Origin: Candidatus Velthaea sp.
GTDB lineage: Bacteria > Vulcanimicrobiota > Vulcanimicrobiia > Vulcanimicrobiales > Vulcanimicrobiaceae
DNA: 64,000 nt
Assembly (NCBI GenBank): GCA_050012475.1
Contig: JBEKHC010000001.1
Coordinates: 96,001-160,000 of the forward strand
Direction of reading: 5' to 3'
Below are positions 9,976-19,324 of this stretch, one piece after another. The notes beneath the pieces are model-generated. The model was not told where the DNA came from. It did no database searches and saw only the letters and a list, made by a program, of their open reading frames with translations. Made by a program: the position numbers and the translations under genes. Position 1 is the first letter of the stretch, and every line of letters begins with the position of its first letter.

Positions 9976-10458
9976 TTAGTGCACAAGGATCGCTGCCCGC
10001 ATCGGTGCGCCGTAGTGATAGAAGCAGCCGAACAGGTACGTTCCCGGCCGGTCCGCGACGAAGACCGGCGAGCTTGCGCCGGCGGCGAGATTGCCGCTCG
10101 ACCACGTACCGCTGGCGATCGATGTGCCGCTCGCGGACGGTGTGAGCGCCTGCGCGGTCAACGGAGAACTCGCGGGGAACGTCGTTCCCGCGACGGCGCT
10201 CGCGGTGTGCGCGAACGAATCTTGGTTGACGAATCGAATCTGCGTTCCCACCGGCACGCTGAGCTGCGCCGGCGCATACCCCGCCGACGTGCCCGGGGCG
10301 AGCGACGTTGCGGCGAACGCGGTAAGGCTGACGTCGATCGTCGTGACGCCGGCAACGGAAGCCGACATTGCGCCGGGCGCGCCGTCGGTGCACGCCGAGA
10401 GTCCGACGACACTTGCGCCGAGCATGCCGGCTGCGAGCGAGATGTGCAGGGAGTTCAT
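9976..10458 (-). CDS. Cupredoxin (blue-copper) lipoprotein
   Basis: Lipobox LSAC; His in FAHTA and C-terminal CFYHYGAPM (C-x2-H-x4-M) type-1 copper ligands. Confidence 0.85.
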   Translation of the reverse strand: MNSLHISLAAGMLGASVVGLSACTDGAPGAMSASVAGVTTIDVSLTAFAATSLAPGTSAGYAPAQLSVPVGTQIRFVNQDSFAHTASAVAGTTFPASSPLTAQALTPSASGTSIASGTWSSGNLAAGASSPVFVADRPGTYLFGCFYHYGAPMRAAILVH

Positions 10459-10464
10459 GCTGCG

Positions 10465-10545
10465 ACGCTACGGTGCGCGGATGAAAAATCTCTGAACGTC
10501 TGGCGCTGCGGTGTTCAGGCTTTTTTCAGAGCGCGCACGTAGCGT
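10465..10545. promoter_or_regulatory. Mirror-image divergent promoters with TTCA-N7-TTCA boxes
   Basis: TTCA-N7-TTCA on each strand (10482-10496 minus, 10514-10528 plus), each 11 nt before a TAGCGT -10 element. Confidence 0.7.
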
Positions 10546-10573
10546 CGGGAGGCATATCGCATCGCCTGAAAGG

Positions 10574-11146
10574 ATGCCACTCGTGCTCGATCATCGCCAC
10601 GTCTTTCCCCTGGCCGCGACCCTCGCGGTTTCCGCGCTTGCCGCGTGCGGAGGCGGCGGCTCGTCATCATCGCTTCCGCTCACGACACCGAGCAGCCCGG
10701 TTGCCGCAACCGCCGTGCCGACGGCCGTTCCCACCGCGGCGCCGACGGTCGCGCCTGCCGCCGCGCCGCTCGCGACCGCGATGCTCGCGGGCGCGCCGGG
10801 TTTCGTCAACGCGCAATCGCACACCGTGTATGTTTTCGACGCCGATCTCGCTGCGCCGGGCACGTCGACGTGCAACGGACAGTGCGCCACGGTCTGGCCG
10901 TTTGTCCCGGCTGCGGCCAACGCCGCTTTCCCCGCACCGTTCACGGCGATCAAACGCGCCGACGGAACGCTGCAGTTAGCGTATGCCGGACGCCCGCTCT
11001 ACACGTACATCGCCGACAGCGCCCCAGGATCGATTGCCGGCAACGGCATCACGTCCTTCGGCGCGGTTTGGCATATCGCGCGGCCTACGGGAGCCGCCGG
11101 CGCGACACCGTCGCCGACGACTGCGCCAACGGCCGGACCGTATTGA
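10574..11146 (+). CDS. Lipoprotein with repeated Yx(F/Y)xxD motif (COG4315-like)
   Basis: Lipobox LAAC, Pro/Thr linker, TVYVFDAD, CNGQCATVWP, QLAYAGRPLYTYIAD. Confidence 0.85.
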   Translation: MPLVLDHRHVFPLAATLAVSALAACGGGGSSSSLPLTTPSSPVAATAVPTAVPTAAPTVAPAAAPLATAMLAGAPGFVNAQSHTVYVFDADLAAPGTSTCNGQCATVWPFVPAAANAAFPAPFTAIKRADGTLQLAYAGRPLYTYIADSAPGSIAGNGITSFGAVWHIARPTGAAGATPSPTTAPTAGPY

Positions 11147-11664
11147 TGAAAATGACCGCTGCGCCGGTGCTCGTGCTTTGTTTGGCGAGCGCCGGCGTCG
11201 CACACGCGAGTTCGCCGGCCGATACGGTGCTCGTCGATCAGCGCGGCGCGGCGTTCACGTTGAGCGCATTGCGCGGCGCGCCGCTGATCGTCGCTTTTGT
11301 GGCGACGCGTTGCACCGACGCGTGTCCGCTCGTCGGCGCCTTGTTCGCGCAGCTTGCCCGGGCGCGCATCGCGGCCGAACTCGTCACGATAACGCTCGAC
11401 CCGGGCTACGACACGCCGTTCGTGATGTCGCGTTACGCGCGCGCCTGGGGCGCGTTGGCTCCGCACTGGCGCATGGCTTCGGGAAAACCGGCCGCTGTCG
11501 AGACGGTCATCGCTGCGCTGGGCGTGCAGCGCGCCGCCGCCGACGTGCACTCGACGTTCGTGTATTGCCTCGATGCGCGCGGCCGGCTGGTGCAGACACT
11601 CCCGCTGTCGACCGACACGGCCCGCGAGGTGCGCGTTTGGCTTGCGGGCGGCTCGCGGCACTAA
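11146..11664 (+). CDS. SCO-family copper chaperone
   Basis: CTDACP (CxxxC), LDPGYDTP, HST; ATG overlaps upstream TGA. Confidence 0.85.
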   Translation: MKMTAAPVLVLCLASAGVAHASSPADTVLVDQRGAAFTLSALRGAPLIVAFVATRCTDACPLVGALFAQLARARIAAELVTITLDPGYDTPFVMSRYARAWGALAPHWRMASGKPAAVETVIAALGVQRAAADVHSTFVYCLDARGRLVQTLPLSTDTAREVRVWLAGGSRH

Positions 11665-12467
11665 AACCGGTCGCGCAAATCGAGCGCCAAACTGCGCAGC
11701 GTTACATCGGACGCGTCGCGGGCGGCGCGGTCGAACGCCGCGCGCGCTTCGGCGCGCCGGCCGAGCCGGACGAACACGGTCGCGAGCGCAAAGCGTGCGC
11801 GCGCGTAACCGGGGTCGATGGCAAGCGCGCGGTCGAGTTCGGCCTCGGCCGCCTCGAAACGGGAGCTGCGGATTTCGATCAGTGCCAGGTCGTAGTGCGC
11901 GATCGCGTAGGCCGGATCGCCCGCGGCCAAGGCGCGAAAATCAGCCCGCGCGGTCGGCAGATCGCCGCTGCGCAACGCGACGATGCCGCGCTCGTAGCGA
12001 GCCCGGGCCGACGCGGGTGCGATGGCGACGAACCGGTCCGCGGCGGTGCGGGCGGCCGCGATATCCCCAGCCAGCACGTCGGTGGTCACCAAGTTTGCCG
12101 CGGCCGCGGCGAAACCCGGATCGCGCTCGAGCGCTTCTTCGAGCAACCGTTTGGCGGCGCTGTACTCGCCGCTGCGGGCGCGCGCGATGGCCAGATCGTA
12201 GCGCGCCGTCGAGCCTTTGGGTTCGGGCGGATTCAGCTCGATGATGCGCTCGAATTCGGGCGCCGCGGCGGCCCAATCGCCGCGCCCTTCAGCGTCGAGT
12301 CCGCGCTTGAAACGCTCGTGAATCTCGCGTTCGACCGCCAGCGCCTGCAACCGGGCCGGATCCAGCGTGTGCGGAACGCTGGTCGTCGCCGGGTAGATCT
12401 GGGCAGCGACCGGCCCGGTCAGCGCCGCGGCCACGCCGATTGCGCCCAACACTGCGCCCAGCCGCAT
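11661..12467 (-). CDS. Secreted tetratricopeptide-repeat protein
   Basis: Signal peptide and several TPR units (ALERDPGFAAA, ALAIDPGYARA). Confidence 0.85.
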   Translation of the reverse strand: MRLGAVLGAIGVAAALTGPVAAQIYPATTSVPHTLDPARLQALAVEREIHERFKRGLDAEGRGDWAAAAPEFERIIELNPPEPKGSTARYDLAIARARSGEYSAAKRLLEEALERDPGFAAAAANLVTTDVLAGDIAAARTAADRFVAIAPASARARYERGIVALRSGDLPTARADFRALAAGDPAYAIAHYDLALIEIRSSRFEAAEAELDRALAIDPGYARARFALATVFVRLGRRAEARAAFDRAARDASDVTLRSLALDLRDRF

Positions 12468-12719
12468 TCAACGCCGATCCGCGGGCAGTTCGGCGGCCTG
12501 CGCACGCGCCGCGCGCGCCGCGTGTTCCGGAGTGCAGTCCCAGCCGACCCGGCCGGATTCGGTGATCGGCCCGAGCAAGTCCGCAGATGCGCTGGGTTGG
12601 AGTTGTGAGCGGGCCAGATCGTCCAAGGTGGCCTCGGCGCTCAGGGCGGCCCCGCCTGCCGCCGCCAGCACCGCCAGCAGCGTTAGGAGCACGGTCCATC
12701 GGAGCCCCAGACCAATCAT
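12468..12719 (-). CDS. Small secreted/membrane hypothetical protein
   Basis: MIGLGLRWTVLLTLLAVLAAAGG..., abuts TPR gene; TATGAT 6 nt upstream. Confidence 0.55.
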   Translation of the reverse strand: MIGLGLRWTVLLTLLAVLAAAGGAALSAEATLDDLARSQLQPSASADLLGPITESGRVGWDCTPEHAARAARAQAAELPADRR

Positions 12720-12749
12720 CGGCGCATCATAGCATCCAATCGTGAAGCA

Positions 12750-14459
12750 ATGCTGAAAGCCGCCGCCGGCGCCGGAGCCCTCTTCGCGTTGGCCGCGGCG
12801 CTTCCGGCGCGTGCCGATACGCTCGTCACCGGGGCGATTCGGGATCAGGCCGGTGCGGCGATCGCGGGCGCCCGGGTGACGGCCTACGATGCTGCCGGGC
12901 AGCGGGCCGGAGCCGACGTCGCGATCGCCGACGGGACGTTTGCGATCGCCTCCCGGGAAAGGGTCGTTCAGATCGCGGTCGCGTGCGACTATTGCCGGCC
13001 GGTCCGGCGCGGGGTTGAAGCGGGGATGCCGGTGATCGTCATCGTGCAGCGCTTCGCGGCGGTTACGGCAAACGGACCGTCTGCTGCCGATGTCCGCGCG
13101 CTGCCGTACCGAAGCGCGGCCGATCTCGCATCGCTGCGGCCGTTCACCGTCGTCGATGGCGGCCGGATCAGCGACCGCGGTCTGGCTTACGACGGCAGCG
13201 TGCTCGTCGACGGTCTGCCGTTTTATCGCGTGTCCGATGCGAATGATTTGAGCGCATTGGTTCCCGCGCACGCCGTCGCTGCGCTGGCGGCCGACTCGCC
13301 GTTGGCCGCGCCGGTGTACGGCGGCTATGCCGGCGGCGGCACCTACGACGTGCAGCTGCGCGACGCCGACCTGGCGACCAGCCGCATCGATACCGGCGAT
13401 GCCTCCGACATCGATGCAAACGCGCAAACGGCGAATGCCGGCGCCCAGTACGCCGCCTCGTCCGATCCGGGGGACGACCGGCAAGCCGCGAGTGTCGACG
13501 GCCGGCTCCCGTTTGCCGGCGGAAATCTGTCGCTCGACGCTGTAGGGCTGGCGGATACGACGCTGCATGCGTCGGGCGCGAGTCTCTCCTACCTCACGGA
13601 GTCGCGTCGCTTCACCACGGCGGCGGCGGTGGACGCGACGCAAAGTGACGGCGCGTCCCTGCTTGCAGCAAGCGCCTTCGTGCGCAGCCGAGGTCCGCTG
13701 CAATGGGAATATGGCGCGCGCGCATTGCGCGCTACGAGCGAGCTTGGGACAGCGGTGGGAACGCAGTTCGATTCGGCGCTGTACGTGCGCGCGGCTCGTC
13801 AAAGCGGAGCAAGCCGGTTGTCCGCGTTGTTCGCGTGGGATCGCGGCGCCGATTCGAGCGTTGCCAACGTTACGCACGGCACGTCTGGCAGCGCGCTCGT
13901 CGGTTCGCTCGCCGACGACGTGAAGATCGGCGCGTTTTGGACGCTGCATGCAGGCGTGGTGTCGAGTCAGCGGATCCCGACGTTTGTCGAACTCTCGACG
14001 GTTTCGCTCGCCGTCGCCGCCGACCGGAGCCTGCTCTTCGAGCAGTCCGTAACGTATACCGATCTGCATCGCATGCGCGTCTCCGGGACGACGTACACCC
14101 AGCGCACGACCGGCTCGACGACCCTGCACGTCAACGGAATCGGCATCGACTCCGCCTGGCAAATCGCACCGCAACTGTCATTGCGCACGTGGGTGCTGCG
14201 CGCGAACAGCTCGTCGACTGCCGCGGTCGATCCGTTCCCGCCCTACGATCCCGGGACGCTCCCGAGCACGGCGTCGGCATTGACCCGCCGGCTCGTTTGG
14301 CTCAGCTACGACAATGGCTTGCGTGTTGACGCGCTCGTGCGCGGCGGCGCACTCGAGGGCGACGTCCGCATTCCGTTCAACGGGTTCGCCGCCTGCTCCA
14401 TCGGTACAACCCTGTACAAGGGCAGCCGCGTCACGACGTTTGGCTTGACGCTGCGTTGA
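12750..14459 (+). CDS. Carboxypeptidase-regulatory-like domain plus TonB-dependent-receptor-like protein
   Basis: Signal peptide, VTGAIRDQAGAAIAGARV, plug-like RG..VLVDGLP..YGGYAGGG, beta-rich C-terminus. Confidence 0.65.
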   Translation: MLKAAAGAGALFALAAALPARADTLVTGAIRDQAGAAIAGARVTAYDAAGQRAGADVAIADGTFAIASRERVVQIAVACDYCRPVRRGVEAGMPVIVIVQRFAAVTANGPSAADVRALPYRSAADLASLRPFTVVDGGRISDRGLAYDGSVLVDGLPFYRVSDANDLSALVPAHAVAALAADSPLAAPVYGGYAGGGTYDVQLRDADLATSRIDTGDASDIDANAQTANAGAQYAASSDPGDDRQAASVDGRLPFAGGNLSLDAVGLADTTLHASGASLSYLTESRRFTTAAAVDATQSDGASLLAASAFVRSRGPLQWEYGARALRATSELGTAVGTQFDSALYVRAARQSGASRLSALFAWDRGADSSVANVTHGTSGSALVGSLADDVKIGAFWTLHAGVVSSQRIPTFVELSTVSLAVAADRSLLFEQSVTYTDLHRMRVSGTTYTQRTTGSTTLHVNGIGIDSAWQIAPQLSLRTWVLRANSSSTAAVDPFPPYDPGTLPSTASALTRRLVWLSYDNGLRVDALVRGGALEGDVRIPFNGFAACSIGTTLYKGSRVTTFGLTLR

Positions 14460-15223
14460 ATCCAGTCATGACCGCGCAGCATCCGCCGATAACCCATTCG
14501 ATGATTCGAACGCGAACCGGGCGAGAACAACCGTTTTTTCTCAGCGTCGCGATCGTCGCCGTGAGCTTGGCGGAGGTCGGCGCTCTTGCCGATGAGCTTT
14601 CGCTCGCAGCGATCAACGCCAAAGTGATCGCGCGCCGAGCCGGGTCCCAGGCCGCCGGGTTCCAGCCGGTCACCGATTTCATCGACCAAACCGCTCGTGC
14701 GACCGCCAAACTCACCGCGGCGATCGGCGCGGGTACGTTGAGTGCTTCGCGATCGGCGGTTGCCGAGCGGCGGGCGTTCGAGGCGTTGCGGCTTTTGCGC
14801 CGGGCGGCGGCCGGCAAGGGAACCGGTGCGAACTCGCTGGACGCGGTTGTCGACCGGTGCGAGACGGCGCGGATCGCGCAGAGCCAATCCGTCACCGTCG
14901 CAGTCGGCGCCGTGGACGGCTTGCTGCAGGAGATCGCCGCGCACATGCGATCGATTTCCATTATCACCGTTCAGTCACGCGTCGAAGCGCAGCAAGCCGG
15001 TCCGTACCGGGCCGACCTGGAGGCCGTCGCTGCGTCGATGTCGGATGCCGCGGCGCGCGTCACCGACATCGTGCGGCAGGCTCGGCGCGAACTGCGCCAA
15101 GCGCTTGCGCAACGCGGGCGGCGGGGAATCGGTCGGCCCTCCGCGATGTCGCGGGAGTGTTGGGGCGGCGCGGAAAACATCCCGCAGCCGGACTTCCGGC
15201 TTTCGGGATGGAGCATCAGATGA
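14456..15223 (+). CDS. Soluble methyl-accepting-chemotaxis-signalling-like helical protein
   Basis: LSLAAINAKVIARRAGSQAAGF resembles the MCP hairpin LALNAAIEAARAGE.GRGF; no TM; start may be 14501. Confidence 0.55.
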   Translation: MNPVMTAQHPPITHSMIRTRTGREQPFFLSVAIVAVSLAEVGALADELSLAAINAKVIARRAGSQAAGFQPVTDFIDQTARATAKLTAAIGAGTLSASRSAVAERRAFEALRLLRRAAAGKGTGANSLDAVVDRCETARIAQSQSVTVAVGAVDGLLQEIAAHMRSISIITVQSRVEAQQAGPYRADLEAVAASMSDAAARVTDIVRQARRELRQALAQRGRRGIGRPSAMSRECWGGAENIPQPDFRLSGWSIR

Positions 15224-15438
15224 GCAACGTCAAGATTACTTTTGCGCAGAACGGACCGTATCTCGTCACCGGCCCGATCGATCTCGAAACACCCGACGGA
15301 CAGCCGATCGACATCCCGGCGGGCCGGACCACGGTGGCGCTGTGCCGCTGCGGAGCCTCCGTCAACAAACCGTTCTGCGACGGCACGCATAGCAAGATCG
15401 GCTTCAACGCCGCCAAGGCCGCCGTACCCGAGTCGTAA
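15220..15438 (+). CDS. CDGSH iron-sulfur domain protein
   Basis: NGPYLV and CRCGASVNKPFCDGTH. Confidence 0.92.
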   Translation: MSNVKITFAQNGPYLVTGPIDLETPDGQPIDIPAGRTTVALCRCGASVNKPFCDGTHSKIGFNAAKAAVPES

Positions 15439-15441
15439 ACT

Positions 15442-16473
15442 TCAGTTCGCTTTGCCGTTGCGCAAGCCGGCGAGCTCGCGGAACAGCTTGTTTTCTTTGT
15501 CGCTCAATTCGGTCGGCAGTTGGCCGACGAGGCGAACGTATTCGTCGCCGAATCCGGCATTCTTGAGTTTGGGCATGCCTTTTCCCGACAAGCGCAGCAT
15601 CTTGTTGTTCTGCGTGCCGGCCGGGATCGTCATTGTCACGTCGCCGGTCATCGTGGGGACGCGCACGTCGCCGCCGAGAACCAGATCGTAGATCGAAACC
15701 GGCAAATCGACGTACAGATCGTCGCCCTTGCGCTCGTACCGCTTGTCGCCGGTGAACTTCACGATGAGGAACAGGTCGCCGTTGGCACCGCCCCCCGCGC
15801 CGCTGCCGCCTTGACCGGTGAGCCGGATCCGCTGACCTTCGCGCACCCCTTTGGGAATGGTCACGTCGAAACGCTTGGTCTCGATCGTACGGCCCGTGCC
15901 GTGACATTGCGGACAAATCCCCTTGCCCGACGTGCCCGTGCCGCCGCAGCGCGGACAGCGATCCTCGAGCTGGAGCGAGACCGACTTTTTGCCGCCCTCA
16001 TACGCTTCGGCAAGGGTCAAATCGATGGTTGTTTCCAAATCCTGTCCACGCTCCCCCAAGCCGGTCGGACCGCTGGTCGGACGACGCCCGATGCCCGAAA
16101 AGAACATGTCGAAGAAATCCGAGAAGCCGCTCGGACCGCCGGCGGCACCGGCGCCGCCCGACGCGGAGCTGAAGTCGTTGAAGTCGTACGCGGCTTGCTG
16201 CTGGGCACGGCGATACGTGCGCTGCTGTTCGGCCTCTTGAGCCGCGCGCTGCCAATCACTGCCGAGAACATCGTACTTCTTGCGCTTTTCCGAATCGCCG
16301 AGAACTTCGTAGGCTTCTTGGATGTCTTTGAATTTCTCTTCGGCCTGACGCGCGTTGGTCGGATTGGCATCCGGATGCCATTTGCGGGCCAGCTTCCGAT
16401 ACGCCGATTTGATGTCTTTCTCGGGCGCGGTTTTCGGTACGCCTAAGATATCGTAGTAATTCTTATAGTTCAT
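15442..16473 (-). CDS. dnaJ: DnaJ/CbpA-family co-chaperone
   Basis: J domain with HPD, G/F region, two CxxCxGxG motifs, DnaJ C-terminal domain. Confidence 0.88.
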   Translation of the reverse strand: MNYKNYYDILGVPKTAPEKDIKSAYRKLARKWHPDANPTNARQAEEKFKDIQEAYEVLGDSEKRKKYDVLGSDWQRAAQEAEQQRTYRRAQQQAAYDFNDFSSASGGAGAAGGPSGFSDFFDMFFSGIGRRPTSGPTGLGERGQDLETTIDLTLAEAYEGGKKSVSLQLEDRCPRCGGTGTSGKGICPQCHGTGRTIETKRFDVTIPKGVREGQRIRLTGQGGSGAGGGANGDLFLIVKFTGDKRYERKGDDLYVDLPVSIYDLVLGGDVRVPTMTGDVTMTIPAGTQNNKMLRLSGKGMPKLKNAGFGDEYVRLVGQLPTELSDKENKLFRELAGLRNGKAN

Positions 16474-16548
16474 GGTTGAAAGCGACGTGCCCGCGCGCGC
16501 TTCGCGGCGTGCGGAAGTCGGACGGAACGAACGAGCGCGCGCACGGAT

Positions 16549-17097
16549 TTAAACGCTTTTGGCGACGATAACGTGAGCGGCGCGCAGAACGTCATCGCCC
16601 CAAATGTACGCCTTGGTCGCCTCTTCGAGAACGGTGTCCTCGGCGACGCCTTCGGGCGTCGGTTGCGTGCCGATCGCTTCGGCCAACCGCGGATCGAACG
16701 GCAAACCCTTGAGCGATACGGCTTTCACGCCTTCGGCGGCCAGCACGTTTTCGAATCCGCGCAGCGTCGCTTGCAGGCCGCCTTTGAGCCCTTCGTTTTC
16801 CGTATCGAACGAAAGCGCGCGTTCGAGATTGTCGATCACGGGCAGGAACTTGGCGATGAGCGCCTTGCGCCCCGACATCGCGATCTCGCCCAGCTGCCGT
16901 TCCATGCGCTTCTTGTAGTTCTCGAAATCAGCCATGGCGTAGAGAAACTTGTTGTAGTTTTCTTCTGCTTTGGCGTTGGCCGCCGCTAACTGGGTCTCGA
17001 GATCGGAATCGGCCGTTGCCGTCACGACACCATTGTTTATTGCGTCCGCAGTTGCCGTAGCTTCCGCGGACGCGTTCGTTACCTTGTCGTCGTTCAT
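16549..17097 (-). CDS. grpE: Nucleotide exchange factor GrpE
   Basis: ADFENYKKR, LPVIDNLERAL, FDPRLAEA; located between dnaK and dnaJ. Confidence 0.93.
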   Translation of the reverse strand: MNDDKVTNASAEATATADAINNGVVTATADSDLETQLAAANAKAEENYNKFLYAMADFENYKKRMERQLGEIAMSGRKALIAKFLPVIDNLERALSFDTENEGLKGGLQATLRGFENVLAAEGVKAVSLKGLPFDPRLAEAIGTQPTPEGVAEDTVLEEATKAYIWGDDVLRAAHVIVAKSV

Positions 17098-17172
17098 GAC
17101 GCTCTTTCTTTTACGAACGGAGGCAGCGAGGCGCGCCCGGTCGAGCGCACCTCGGAGATGCTTCACGCGGTA

Positions 17173-19029
17173 TTACTTGGCTTCTTTGAACTCGGCGTCG
17201 ATGACGTCTTCGTTCTGCGGCGCGCCTTCGGCCGGACCGTTCGGCGGCGTTCCGCTGCCGGGTCCCGCGCCGTCCGTTGCGCCGTTGGCCGACGCGCCGG
17301 TCTTGGCGTAGAGTGCCTCGGCGAGCTTGTAGCTCGACGCTTGCAGTTTCTCGGTGGCTGCCTTGATTTCGGCGGCCGTGCCGTTGTCCGACACGCGCTT
17401 GAGCTCGGCCAGGGCGGCTTCGACGTCGGTCTTGATCGTGGCGTCAGCTTTGTCGCCGACTTCCTTGAGCGACTTCTCCGTCGAGTAGATCAGCGAGTTG
17501 GCGGTGTTGCGGGTCTCCGCTTCCTCTTTCTTGCGCTGATCTTCGGCGCGCGCCGCTTCGGCGTCACGCACCATCTTGTCGATTTCGTCTTTGTTGAGAT
17601 TGGTCGACGCGGTGATGGTGATTTGCTGCTCTTTGCCCGTGCCCAGATCTTTGGCGCCGACGTTGACGATGCCGTTTGCATCGATGTTGAAGGTGACCTC
17701 GATCTGCGGTACGCCGCGCGGCGCAGCCGGAATGCCTTCGAGCCGGAAACGCGCGAGCGTCTTGTTGTCGCCCGCCATCTCGCGCTCGCCTTGCAGCACG
17801 TGGATGTCGACCGACGTTTGGCCGTCCTCGGCCGTCGTGAAGACTTGCGTCTTGCGCGTCGGAATCGTGGTGTTGCGTTCGATGAGTTTGGTATTCACGC
17901 CGCCGAGCGTCTCGAGGCCCAGCGAAAGCGGGGTGACGTCGAGCAGAACCACGTCGCGAACTTCGCCGGCCAGCACGCCGGCTTGAATCGCCGCGCCGAT
18001 GGCGACGACTTCATCGGGGTTGACCGATTGATTGAGCTCTTTGCCCGTCAGCTTCTTGACGAGTTCTTGGATCACGGGCATGCGGGTCGAACCGCCGACC
18101 ATGACGACTTCGTCGATCTTGGAGACGTCGAGCTTCGCGTCGTTGAGCGCGTTCTTGAACGGCTGCACGCAGCGGTCGGTCAAGCTCGCGGTGAGCTCCT
18201 CGAACTTCGCCCGGGTGAAGGTGAGGTCGAGATGCTTGGGTCCGTTTTGATCGGCCGTGATGAACGGCAGGTTGATGTTGGTCTGGACCACGCCCGACAG
18301 TTCGATCTTGGCTTTTTCGGCCGCCTCGGTGAGCCGCTGCATGGCCTGCTTGTCGCCGGACAGATCGATGCCTTGTTCCTTGCGGAATTCGGCGACGAGA
18401 TAGTCGACGATCTTCTTGTCGTAGTCGTCGCCGCCCAGGCGGGTGTCGCCGTTGGTCGACTTCACTTCGAACACGCCGTCGCCGACTTCGAGGATCGACA
18501 CGTCGAACGTGCCGCCGCCGAGATCCCAGACCAGGATGGTTTCGTTGCCCTTTTTATCCAGGCCGTACGCCAATGCCGCGGCAGTCGGCTCGTTGATGAT
18601 GCGCAGCACGTCGAGCCCGGCGATCTTGCCGGCGTCTTTGGTCGCTTGGCGCTGGGCGTCGTTGAAGTATGCCGGAACGGTGACGACGGCTTTGGTCACC
18701 CGTTCGCCCAAATAGGTCGAAGCGTCGTTGACGAGCTTCTGCAGGATCATCGAGCTGATCTCTTGCGGCGAGTAATCCTTGCCGTCGATCTTCGTCTTAT
18801 GATCCGTGCCCATCTCGCGCTTGATCGAGCTGATCGTGCGCTCGGGGTTGGTCACGGCCTGGCGTTTTGCCAGTTGTCCGACCAGACGTTCTCCGGTCTT
18901 GGTGAATGCCACCACCGAAGGCGTCGTGCGATTGCCTTCGGAGTTGGCGATAACGGTAGGGCTCTGGCCCTCCATGACGGCGACGACCGAGTTGGTCGTG
19001 CCGAGGTCGATTCCGACCACTTTAGCCAT
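17173..19029 (-). CDS. dnaK: Chaperone DnaK
   Basis: [26 protein letters not shown]-terminal VIDAEF. Confidence 0.98.
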   Translation of the reverse strand: MAKVVGIDLGTTNSVVAVMEGQSPTVIANSEGNRTTPSVVAFTKTGERLVGQLAKRQAVTNPERTISSIKREMGTDHKTKIDGKDYSPQEISSMILQKLVNDASTYLGERVTKAVVTVPAYFNDAQRQATKDAGKIAGLDVLRIINEPTAAALAYGLDKKGNETILVWDLGGGTFDVSILEVGDGVFEVKSTNGDTRLGGDDYDKKIVDYLVAEFRKEQGIDLSGDKQAMQRLTEAAEKAKIELSGVVQTNINLPFITADQNGPKHLDLTFTRAKFEELTASLTDRCVQPFKNALNDAKLDVSKIDEVVMVGGSTRMPVIQELVKKLTGKELNQSVNPDEVVAIGAAIQAGVLAGEVRDVVLLDVTPLSLGLETLGGVNTKLIERNTTIPTRKTQVFTTAEDGQTSVDIHVLQGEREMAGDNKTLARFRLEGIPAAPRGVPQIEVTFNIDANGIVNVGAKDLGTGKEQQITITASTNLNKDEIDKMVRDAEAARAEDQRKKEEAETRNTANSLIYSTEKSLKEVGDKADATIKTDVEAALAELKRVSDNGTAAEIKAATEKLQASSYKLAEALYAKTGASANGATDGAGPGSGTPPNGPAEGAPQNEDVIDAEFKEAK

Positions 19030-19259
19030 AAATCTGGTGATCTCGCTTTCCGAGCGCCGTGGACCATCCCCAAGGTGGCGAACCACCGGGAAGCCGTTGC
19101 CGGCTTCCGTTTTGTCAGGCCTTGCCGCTTATCGTCGCTCAAGGACCCGTGGGCTCCGGCTTCCCGGCCCCACGATTGAAGTAATACATGCCGCACCGCG
19201 GCGCACCGACTATCATACGGCAAGCGGCGCGGTTTGTTCCAGTACTAGTGACAGAAAAT

Positions 19260-19286
19260 TTGGCACTCTGGTTGCAGCCTTACCAA
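19260..19286 (-). promoter_or_regulatory. Degenerate CIRCE-like element upstream of dnaK
   Basis: TTGGCACTC-N9-CCTTACCAA: one near-consensus arm and exact 9-nt spacer. Confidence 0.5.
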
Positions 19287-19324
19287 ATTGAGATGCTTTT
19301 CGAGCTCCCGGCGTTATCACGGCG

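Noticed and set aside
19030..19180. 6S, SRP RNA or self-cleaving ribozyme upstream of dnaK
   Set aside because: No diagnostic motifs recognised; kept only as an unassigned structured leader
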